The position numbers and the translations under genes were made by a program. A stretch of DNA of 64,000 bases from a virus. The notes beneath the pieces were generated by a model. It was not told where the DNA came from and did not search any database. It saw only the letters and a list, made by a program, of their open reading frames with translations. Every line of letters starts with the position of its first letter. Position 1 is the stretch's first letter. Below, one piece after another: positions 20,240-28,562 of this stretch. The stretch covers positions 1 to 64,000 of IMG/VR virus record IMGVR_UViG_3300008740_000712; one strand, 5' to 3'.

Positions 20240-22261
20240 CTATATTGTGTCTACCATACATGCAAATCCATCAACAAAATATTTGGTTGCGACTCTCTCA
20301 CCATTGGTGGACTTCATCGCAACCCAGTATCCGTTATGTATCCCGTTTTGGGATCTAACCCTTGCGTCATAATCGGGATCATTACACCAGAATCTGTAAT
20401 TTGCATCTTCTCTTAGAACATTCCAAGACGTGTTACTGCTCCCGTCTGCCAAAGCGTGCCAGGTTGTTCCGTCAGTACTTGCGTGGCAAGTGATCTGATC
20501 ATATGCTAGTCCGGAGGGAGTTACTGTCAATCTTATTTTAAACCAGGCATCGGCAGCGAGAGACACCGATCCGTGAGATACCTCTATATCTCCGCAACTC
20601 TCTATTGTTGTTCCGTCTGTCCACTGATCTCCGTGACGCAAGCTTAACCGAAGCTTTAACGTATTATTTTCCTTTGTACCGTTAAGGAAGGTTCCAAACT
20701 TTAGGGCATATCCTTTGATATTATCCACCTTGTGTCCAAAGGGTGAAGATGCTTTCGCAACAAGGGCAAAGTGACTACCATCGTGACGGTTGTCAGTCAA
20801 TCCCGTACACCTAACCCATGCCTCAAGTCTAATTGCTTTTGAACTCGGTGTTCTGTAGAAAGCACCACTATCGGCAGAAGATCTCAAAAACGCGCCTGCG
20901 GCAGTTTCGTAGTGAATCGTCGGAGATCCAGATGATGTAAGCATCTGCTCGTATGCTCTGCAATATTCTCCGTTGCCTGCCAACGCGTTTGACAGTCTTG
21001 TGTGTAAATATGCTTTTCCCTTTGGTCCACCAGTAAACTGAGATAAGTGGGATGCACCGGATTGCTCCAAATCTAGTCTGTCGCACAAATATCTCTCCAT
21101 CTGTTGTCGTCTAATATCCGAAAGTGCATCGTCAAATACAAAAAACTCATGGACCGCATTATAATAATCTTGCATATTGGAGGTATCAAGTCTTCCCCCA
21201 CCTTGGTTAGCAGTGCCACCAATCATGATGTTTGGTCTGTATGTCCTTGGACTTTGACGACCAGTGTCTTCGTCACTCGTTGCCCAAAAAGATTGTACCG
21301 ACTGTTTTTCACCGTCAGAACCTGTGATGGACGTGATGCCAAGACTGTTCCTGTATGCATTAAGCGACCAGTTGTCTCTCTCCGTCTGATCCGCATCACC
21401 TTCTTTGGTGTCATTTTGGTTGTCATATGTCATTGATAGAACATGGAAAGTGTCTGGCCAATAATAGTCATACCTCTCAGTACCAAACCGCCAAATGCTG
21501 TCGTTGTCCTTAGCGTACCCAGTCATGGATCTTTTTGCTACCTCAAGTGGAGCCAGTGTTTTGTCTCCATCTATACCGTACCAGTCCTCTGGCCCGTGGA
21601 CCAATCCCATTGAGAATGGTCCGGATTCACCGTAATCAACCCCATTGTTGCCCGATGTCGGGTATGTGACAGAGAGGGGAAAGGTGTAATCCGCTTCGTG
21701 ATGAGCACCTGGTCCAACATTTCTCAACCTCATCGTAGTGAAGAGGGAGTACCCACCTTCAAGAGTTTTATTCGTGTCTGCGGCCATAGATCCTGATGCC
21801 CAGGTTTGTATGTTGGTGTCTCCACTGTTTTGCGTCGAACTTCCATTAATTGTCGAGTTAATCATTTGAACCCCTCTGTACGTACCATCGAGGTCGTTGG
21901 ACCCCACCATGCAATTTTGAGAATCTCCAGTGATGATGTGGTTGGTATCATTATACACGTTAAGTCCGCTTCCGGTGAGGATTGGTCGGCAATCGTTAGT
22001 CCTGTAGAGGTTCCTCTGAATGGAGGAAAAACCGGGATCTTTAGAATTTCCCGAAATGTCCCTGAGCATCCACAGGGAACCGTTGTTGTTGTCAACAAGA
22101 GTTCCTGTTACAAAGTTTCCAACATCACAGTTGTACCATGCTGCAAGTCTTGCATTGCCAGCACCGTCTTGGGTTCTGTTGAATGCATTGTAGGGGTCAG
22201 ATCCTGAAATGGATCTGGGGTCGTGGGGTTGACCCACGAATACGAATTTAGAAGCAGTCAT
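20240..22261 (-). CDS. 673-aa ConA/LamG-like protein, paralog 2
   Basis: Same motif set as 18174..20210. SD GGAGG. Confidence 0.7.
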   Translation of the reverse strand: MTASKFVFVGQPHDPRSISGSDPYNAFNRTQDGAGNARLAAWYNCDVGNFVTGTLVDNNNGSLWMLRDISGNSKDPGFSSIQRNLYRTNDCRPILTGSGLNVYNDTNHIITGDSQNCMVGSNDLDGTYRGVQMINSTINGSSTQNSGDTNIQTWASGSMAADTNKTLEGGYSLFTTMRLRNVGPGAHHEADYTFPLSVTYPTSGNNGVDYGESGPFSMGLVHGPEDWYGIDGDKTLAPLEVAKRSMTGYAKDNDSIWRFGTERYDYYWPDTFHVLSMTYDNQNDTKEGDADQTERDNWSLNAYRNSLGITSITGSDGEKQSVQSFWATSDEDTGRQSPRTYRPNIMIGGTANQGGGRLDTSNMQDYYNAVHEFFVFDDALSDIRRQQMERYLCDRLDLEQSGASHLSQFTGGPKGKAYLHTRLSNALAGNGEYCRAYEQMLTSSGSPTIHYETAAGAFLRSSADSGAFYRTPSSKAIRLEAWVRCTGLTDNRHDGSHFALVAKASSPFGHKVDNIKGYALKFGTFLNGTKENNTLKLRLSLRHGDQWTDGTTIESCGDIEVSHGSVSLAADAWFKIRLTVTPSGLAYDQITCHASTDGTTWHALADGSSNTSWNVLREDANYRFWCNDPDYDARVRSQNGIHNGYWVAMKSTNGERVATKYFVDGFACMVDTI
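22186..22240. repeat. 55-nt direct repeat copy 2
   Basis: Matches 20135-20189 at 53 of 55 positions. Confidence 0.9.
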
Positions 22262-22279
22262 TTAATTTTCCTCCGTTTA

Positions 22280-25200
22280 TCACTTGTCATCATCGTTAAG
22301 ATCTGTGTGAATTTCCAAATTATCTATATAATACTTAGTCGAGAGTCTATCTCCGGTACTAGAACTTAATGCAATATAGTATCCATTATATCTAGCATTG
22401 TAATCCGGCACCTTAAACGTGCCGGATGCTTTTGTGTCACTCTTTTTGAACCTAAAGTTGTTATCTAACGCATCAATTGTCTCTTCGTGCAGCAATGTCC
22501 AACTCTGGTCTTCTCTCAGTCTATAATATGCCTTTAGGGTATCATTGCCATCAGAGGTTTCAACGGTGGTGTAGTATCCAAAAACACCGTTTCTGTTTTC
22601 CTCGATAGACCATCCGTCACTTGAAGTCACCGCATTGTTGTATCCCATCTCATCGGTAATATTGACTCCGGACAATTGGGGTTCACCCATTTTCCAGAAT
22701 CCAAGGCACTTCTCCATAGTGTTGCGTCCATCAGAACCTGATACGAGAAGGTGATCGTTGCCCATAGACCCGGTGTTATATAAGGTTCTGATCTTTCCTT
22801 CCGGCAATCGGCCTGACCATAGAGATACTTGTCCAATTTTACCATAGAAATTCTCCACATGGGCAGCTGTCCAGTCGGATGTCTTTCCATAGCTACATCC
22901 GTTTCCGATCATCGGGAAAGACTTTCCAGTTGGGTCATCTGCAAAGAAACTCCATCCGTCAGTAGATCCGTTGTTCACACCGTTAAGTGACGTTGACCCT
23001 ACCCTTTCACCGTTTATGAAAAATTCACAAAAAGCATTGTCCTTGTTGGCATTTCCGACGAGGCCCGTAGTTACAGTCACTGCGACATGTTGCCACTCAC
23101 CAGTTGATACCTGCGAATTTGATCGCATGGCATAGATGTCATCCTCTCCAGTCCCCTCATCCTTCTCATAATTTCCAGAAGTGTAAGCGAGGTATCCGTC
23201 ATGTCGTATTCCAAAATGGGAAGTGGGGTAGTAGTTACCACCATTGTGATACCAATCCTTGCTAGACATTTGTACGATGGTGCTTGCAACATATGTGCTG
23301 CTACTTCCACCGGAATCACCAAACTGCGTTGGCATGACCCATGCAGAAATAGTAAAGCTACCTCTCTTAGCGTCGAAAGTGACAGGAGAAGAATACCAAG
23401 TGGTGTTGCCGTGGGACTTTTGGTTCGTTATAGCACCCCCTCTAGGTAGAGCATGGGCCTGGTTTCCGGACTCATCTAGGCAATTTCCTAATACCCTTGT
23501 TGAATTAACAATTTCTTCGCAGACAATATCATTATTTGTTGCTGAGTCTGGGTATGTCATTCCTGCAATTTTTGCATCTCCATATGGGGTTAGTGTCCAG
23601 TCGTGAAAGGATTCTCCATACTTGGAATAATCATCAAAGTTGGAAGTTAATCTATAATACGCAATCAGTGTTTCGTAGTCTATGCCCTTTACCTCGTTGA
23701 TGCCTGCGGGAGTACCGCCATTGTACAATGTCGTAACATTTCCGGAGGTAATAACCTTATTCCAAAATGCAAATTCCTTGAATCGACCTGTGAAGCTTAC
23801 ATTGAGGTCATCGTTGTTCCCAATGCGGAGTCCCTTGTTTCTAATCGGATTCGGTGTATCGTTATTTCCAGCATCGGTGCCGCCACCGACGATGGTTCCG
23901 CTGCCCTCTGAAGATCCATCAACATAGAGTATTGGTGCCGTTACTTCGGAGTATTTTCCTCCGTAATTAAACGAAATAGCTATGTGATGCCATGAGTTGT
24001 TGGTCGGTGCCCAATTCCATGTCCATCTTGCGAAATTTGTATTAGAACCATCTGGTGTGTAGGCAACTTGAAATTCCAGTTTCTCATTAGTGACACTCCA
24101 ATATAACATACACCCCTGATTTCCTATATCGAAAATGCGAGGTGCTGATTGTCCCAATCCAGACCAATTGGAATAAACCCAACCAGAAAAAGAGAATTGG
24201 CCAGGGTTAATTGCTTGGCCAGGTTTTAGAAGTTTGTTGTTCCACGGTCTGGACCTGCCATTGTGAAGCATGTCTCTTCCTTTTAGACAATCTCCGGAAC
24301 CGTCAAAGTTGGTATAAGAACTTCCAGTATTGGGCACATCCAATGCCCAATAACCCTTTGGAGTGCTGCTATGTACCTGGAATGCGTTTCTGATATATCC
24401 CCTATTGTATGCTTGCTGTATTTGCGCGGAGGTCAACATCTCATTCCATATGCCCCAATGCAAGAATGATTGGCTTCGTGCGTTGTGATTGTTGTCTGTA
24501 TCGATACCCAACTCCCAATTGAAGTTAGTGTTCGTGTAACTTAGGTTGCTACCAGGAGCAGAAGGTTTTGAATCCCAAGGGATGTGTCTCCCGTTGATAT
24601 AGAGTTTTATTTCCTGATCTCCGGGATAATCGTCACCGGAGTCCCACTGTGCTGCTTTTCTCAAAACCAGTGCAACGTGGCACCAAGATTGCAAATCCTC
24701 TCGTGGAACTGAATCTCCTGCGGTATCAAAATTCTTCTGGGAACCGCCATACCCGATATTGAAGTGAAAATATTCTGAGCTTTTGTTGTAGTAGAGCCTC
24801 AATCTAGTTCCACCTGAGTCTTGTCCTCCTCCGAAAAGGCAGTTCCAATCTTCGGTAAAATTCTGCATTTGGACCCACCCCATGAAAGTTAAATCCCCGT
24901 TGTTCGTTGAGGTGTTGGTGTTCCACCAATTATAGTTTGTTCCCGATCCTAATTTCAGTTGACTATCACTATCATTGTACATATAGGTTGCAGCAGAGGT
25001 TGAACCTGTTAGGGCAGATTTAAAAATACATCTGCCAGACTGCACCGTTGGCATCGTCATACTGCCACTATTATAAACTGCGGCTGCTTCGTTGTCGTCC
25101 AAGATCTTATTCCATATAGCTGCATTTCTAAAACATCCGTCTTCCCAGATGCCGGACCCACTAATATTTCCTCCGAAAATCGCGCGGCCGCCGTAGGTTT

Positions 25201-27391
25201 GAGTTCCCGACCACGTAAGAGTATTGCTGTTTCGAGCCGTATCAGCTGCCGTCAATTTCTTTCCGTTTAAGTATAGGATTGGTGCCACGTTGTCAGCACC
25301 ATCAAGGGCAGCTTTTCCAGTGACTAGCACATGATTCCAAGTGTTGTAGTCTATTTTGGAATTATCAAAATACATGTGGTTATTATTCCAAGTTTGATAC
25401 TTATATCCGCACCAGATTCTATCATAAGACTTGTAGTATCCGATTGCCAGAGCATCGTTTGTTCCCATCTTGAAAATCGAAGGCCAATCTTCGGTGTTTC
25501 TAGCACCATTGTAGATCCAAGTCGAAACTGTAAATTCCCCATTTGCTCCACCGGAAGATGCTCTCAAATTTTCATTCCAATAAGAAGATGCGGTTAGTCG
25601 GATTCGGCCGGAAGAATCATAGTGGGTAATATTGCCAGAGAGCATTTCATTTCTCTCATATGTGTTTTTCATATACCTGTATCCGTTGTAAAAGTCGGCC
25701 GATCCTGTTCCCATGACCGTATTCCAGTATGCTGCTGTTCCAATTGAGGCAGATACAGTAGTGTTGTTGGCCAACACACTTACGTCTCTATAATTTGGCA
25801 AGGTTTCGCGTTTCACATATGATCCCGAAGTTATGACATCCATTCGCATCTGATACCAACTGGACTCTGACAAATTGACATCTGTAATTGTGAGATCTTG
25901 ATCTCCGAATCCAGAAGAGCTGCCGTCATATTGTCTTCTGGCATCTCTGCTGGACAATCTAAACTTGAGGTGCGTATCTGATACTGTGTCGTCATCCACA
26001 TCGACACCATCCTTGAGTGTGCCAAATTTCATGGCATACCCCTTAATGTTGTCCATCTTGTGTCCCCACGGTGATGTTGCGTGAGCAACGAGAGCAACTT
26101 GCCCTCCGCCATGCTTTGCACTACTTCCCGTGTCTTCGACTCTAACCCAAGCTCTAAGAGAAACTGATCCCGTTGCCTCTGTCAACAAACCGGATGCCGC
26201 GGTGTTTTTCCAAAAAGCTCCACCAGCTGTTTCGTGATGAATCTTTTGGTCATATCGAGTTGGTCGCGCTTGTGAGAATTTTCTTGAATATTGTGATGAA
26301 TAACTGTTCAATGAAGAGGACGGTTGGGTATTTAAAGCTGAGTTTGGAAATGAGATTCCCGTACCTCCACCGTCAAATGTAGACATGGCATAAGTTGGTC
26401 CCATTGTGAGGTCGTATTTATCACAAAGATACCTCTCCATTTGTTGTCTTCTGGTGTCAGATAAGGCATCATCGAAAGCAAACATTTCACCAATTTCATT
26501 TTGACCCGAAGCATTTGTTTTTCCGCCACCCCAGTCATGATTGTATCCACCGAAAGATACCGTCTTCTTGTCTCCAAAATGGCCAGGACGATTTGCGTCT
26601 GTTACGTTGGTGAAATCCTCACCATAATTCCAGTTCCCGTTATGGTAAACGTCGATCTGGTAACTAGGGTCGTATACTGATGCGGTGGTGAAAACCAACG
26701 AAAGTGCGTGGTATCCGGAATCAAAGGAACCAAAATTACCAAGCTTATATACGTCGGTGCCGTCTTGTTTTTGATATCCAACCCAAGTTCCCTTTACGTC
26801 TGTCGATGCGTCTGCGTCGTGCCAAAGACCTAGTGAAAAAGTGCCATACTTGCCGTCGTTTCCGTCGGCATCACCGTTGTTTCCTGTGCCATAGGTGACA
26901 GTAAGTGGTCTTGTGTTGTTGGTTCCGTAAGAATTGTATTTCATTGTCGTGAAAATTGATGTTGGGCCCTTCAGTTGACTTGCAGAAGTTGAACCTGATA
27001 TCCAGGGTGATACCTGCCACGATCCAGGATCCATATCTGTTCCTGCTACGGGATTGTTTTTTAGAAAAAGAGATTTTTCTGTTTCGTCAATGTTTCCACC
27101 TATTGTGTATTCTATACCACTTGAACCGATAGAAGAGTTGACAGCTGGTATAAGGTCGTCTGTTGCCCTAAGTGCTCTGGTGCCGGTGCTCCAGTCAAAT
27201 TGAGAAGAATCAAAAATTGTATTAATAGTCTCATCTCCTGCTGAATTAGCTGTTCCCGTTACATACAGTCCTGGCTGGATGTTGTACCAACATGCTAGTC
27301 TTGCCGAACCGGATGCATTCCAGGGGTCAGACCCCGAAATTGATAAAGGATCGTGTGGGGTTCCCACTATAAAAACATCACTTTTAGCCAC
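22280..27391 (-). CDS. 1,703-aa multi-LamG (concanavalin A-like) protein, paralog 1
   Basis: GTG start with SD GGGAG. It has the paralog N- and C-terminal motifs plus several LamG units (FTVSTWIY..W.HV.VT..LY.NG..F...A.WN..L...E...LYN.G). Confidence 0.8.
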   Translation of the reverse strand: MAKSDVFIVGTPHDPLSISGSDPWNASGSARLACWYNIQPGLYVTGTANSAGDETINTIFDSSQFDWSTGTRALRATDDLIPAVNSSIGSSGIEYTIGGNIDETEKSLFLKNNPVAGTDMDPGSWQVSPWISGSTSASQLKGPTSIFTTMKYNSYGTNNTRPLTVTYGTGNNGDADGNDGKYGTFSLGLWHDADASTDVKGTWVGYQKQDGTDVYKLGNFGSFDSGYHALSLVFTTASVYDPSYQIDVYHNGNWNYGEDFTNVTDANRPGHFGDKKTVSFGGYNHDWGGGKTNASGQNEIGEMFAFDDALSDTRRQQMERYLCDKYDLTMGPTYAMSTFDGGGTGISFPNSALNTQPSSSLNSYSSQYSRKFSQARPTRYDQKIHHETAGGAFWKNTAASGLLTEATGSVSLRAWVRVEDTGSSAKHGGGQVALVAHATSPWGHKMDNIKGYAMKFGTLKDGVDVDDDTVSDTHLKFRLSSRDARRQYDGSSSGFGDQDLTITDVNLSESSWYQMRMDVITSGSYVKRETLPNYRDVSVLANNTTVSASIGTAAYWNTVMGTGSADFYNGYRYMKNTYERNEMLSGNITHYDSSGRIRLTASSYWNENLRASSGGANGEFTVSTWIYNGARNTEDWPSIFKMGTNDALAIGYYKSYDRIWCGYKYQTWNNNHMYFDNSKIDYNTWNHVLVTGKAALDGADNVAPILYLNGKKLTAADTARNSNTLTWSGTQTYGGRAIFGGNISGSGIWEDGCFRNAAIWNKILDDNEAAAVYNSGSMTMPTVQSGRCIFKSALTGSTSAATYMYNDSDSQLKLGSGTNYNWWNTNTSTNNGDLTFMGWVQMQNFTEDWNCLFGGGQDSGGTRLRLYYNKSSEYFHFNIGYGGSQKNFDTAGDSVPREDLQSWCHVALVLRKAAQWDSGDDYPGDQEIKLYINGRHIPWDSKPSAPGSNLSYTNTNFNWELGIDTDNNHNARSQSFLHWGIWNEMLTSAQIQQAYNRGYIRNAFQVHSSTPKGYWALDVPNTGSSYTNFDGSGDCLKGRDMLHNGRSRPWNNKLLKPGQAINPGQFSFSGWVYSNWSGLGQSAPRIFDIGNQGCMLYWSVTNEKLEFQVAYTPDGSNTNFARWTWNWAPTNNSWHHIAISFNYGGKYSEVTAPILYVDGSSEGSGTIVGGGTDAGNNDTPNPIRNKGLRIGNNDDLNVSFTGRFKEFAFWNKVITSGNVTTLYNGGTPAGINEVKGIDYETLIAYYRLTSNFDDYSKYGESFHDWTLTPYGDAKIAGMTYPDSATNNDIVCEEIVNSTRVLGNCLDESGNQAHALPRGGAITNQKSHGNTTWYSSPVTFDAKRGSFTISAWVMPTQFGDSGGSSSTYVASTIVQMSSKDWYHNGGNYYPTSHFGIRHDGYLAYTSGNYEKDEGTGEDDIYAMRSNSQVSTGEWQHVAVTVTTGLVGNANKDNAFCEFFINGERVGSTSLNGVNNGSTDGWSFFADDPTGKSFPMIGNGCSYGKTSDWTAAHVENFYGKIGQVSLWSGRLPEGKIRTLYNTGSMGNDHLLVSGSDGRNTMEKCLGFWKMGEPQLSGVNITDEMGYNNAVTSSDGWSIEENRNGVFGYYTTVETSDGNDTLKAYYRLREDQSWTLLHEETIDALDNNFRFKKSDTKASGTFKVPDYNARYNGYYIALSSSTGDRLSTKYYIDNLEIHTDLNDDDK

Positions 27392-27418
27392 AATTAGTTT
27401 CTCCCGTAATCATAAAGT

Positions 27419-28432
27419 TTAAGCCCAATCATATGGATCTTCCGTGTGCGTACTCACTGTCCAGTCGTTAGAGAATGTACTCAAGTCAATATCAGAAAAG
27501 ATCTTATTAAAACCAGTGGATGCTTCATAAGTTAATTGACCTGTTGTCTCTGCCGAAAAGGAGAATGACGAAATATCAACTGGCTCGTCGGGGAATCCCT
27601 CCGCAGCCGTGAAAGATAGCAACTCGGTGCTCACTGTCCAGTCGTTAGAAAATGTACTCAAGTCAATATCAGAAAAGATCTTATTGAATCCCGTGGATGC
27701 TTCATAAGTTAATTGATTTGTTGCCTCTGCCGAGAAAGTGAAGGATGATATGTCAACCGGCTCACCTATGAATCCCTCCGCAGACGTGAAGGACAATGAC
27801 TCGGTGCTTACTGTCCAGTTGTTAGAAAATGAACTCAAGTCAACATCAGAAAAGATCTTATTGAATCCTGTGGATGCTTCGAAAGTCTCCGTATTGGTAG
27901 TCGAAGCTGAAAATGTTCTGCTCGAAACATCGGGTGACGATACGGTGCCGGGCCATCCCTGACCATGTTCGAAAGATAATGTGCTGGAAAACCTAGTGAC
28001 CCAAAAATCGGTGACGTTGCTGACCTCGGCATGATCGTTGTGCAAATCTGCGAACCAGATTCCGTTTCTACAGAAGTAGAGACAGTCACCCCTAGAGAAG
28101 TATGAGACAGCTGTTGCATCGCCTGAAGTTATTCCAGAACCACTCATATAAAACATTCGACCGTTGTAGTCTCCGGCAGCTAATCCGCTACCGGCAAGAG
28201 TAGTCAACAGGGAAGAATCATCTGCTGATGTATAGTGTGGAACTCGGAAAAGTCCGGCCATGAATGAACCAGACGAGATGTGATTATCCTCTGGCCCGAG
28301 GGAGACAGACCCACTGACACTAAAGGCACCTGCATTAGATGCCCTATTGAACTCAACCTCTCCTGAGTCGAGCAATTGATGCACGACATTGCTGCCGGAC
28401 ATGACTTGTAATATTCTTACCTGGTTTGCCAT
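27419..28432 (-). CDS. 337-aa hypothetical protein: YFC..G.W module plus C-terminal 59-aa acidic repeats
   Basis: N-half is homologous by eye to the 136-aa protein. C-half has ~2.5 tandem repeats. Confidence 0.75.
   Translation of the reverse strand: MANQVRILQVMSGSNVVHQLLDSGEVEFNRASNAGAFSVSGSVSLGPEDNHISSGSFMAGLFRVPHYTSADDSSLLTTLAGSGLAAGDYNGRMFYMSGSGITSGDATAVSYFSRGDCLYFCRNGIWFADLHNDHAEVSNVTDFWVTRFSSTLSFEHGQGWPGTVSSPDVSSRTFSASTTNTETFEASTGFNKIFSDVDLSSFSNNWTVSTESLSFTSAEGFIGEPVDISSFTFSAEATNQLTYEASTGFNKIFSDIDLSTFSNDWTVSTELLSFTAAEGFPDEPVDISSFSFSAETTGQLTYEASTGFNKIFSDIDLSTFSNDWTVSTHTEDPYDWA
27450..27900 (-). repeat. 177-nt (59-aa) tandem repeat, ~2.5 copies
   Basis: The [c/t]actgtccagt[c/t]gttaga anchor occurs at 27455, 27632 and 27809. 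Unit: T.EASTGFNKIFSD.DLS.FSN.WTVSTE... Confidence 0.9.
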
Positions 28433-28562
28433 TCACGAAGTTCCCCCTTTGAAAACGCACGATTTCACTTATAACTAGGGGCAACATACCTGTATTTACT
28501 TAACTATTTTGGGAAATTGGGATATGCTTTTTATATCCCTAAAAATAATTTCGAGATCGGAT

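Noticed and set aside
27450-27900. Repeats as a possible DGR template/variable pair or CRISPR array
   Set aside because: They are in-frame coding tandem repeats without adenine-specific differences or unique spacers, and there is no reverse transcriptase or cas gene in the window.
28519-28539. Perfect inverted repeat GGGATAT-N7-ATATCCC in the intergenic gap
   Set aside because: The U-tract is weak on the transcribed strand, so it cannot be called a terminator or operator from a single instance.
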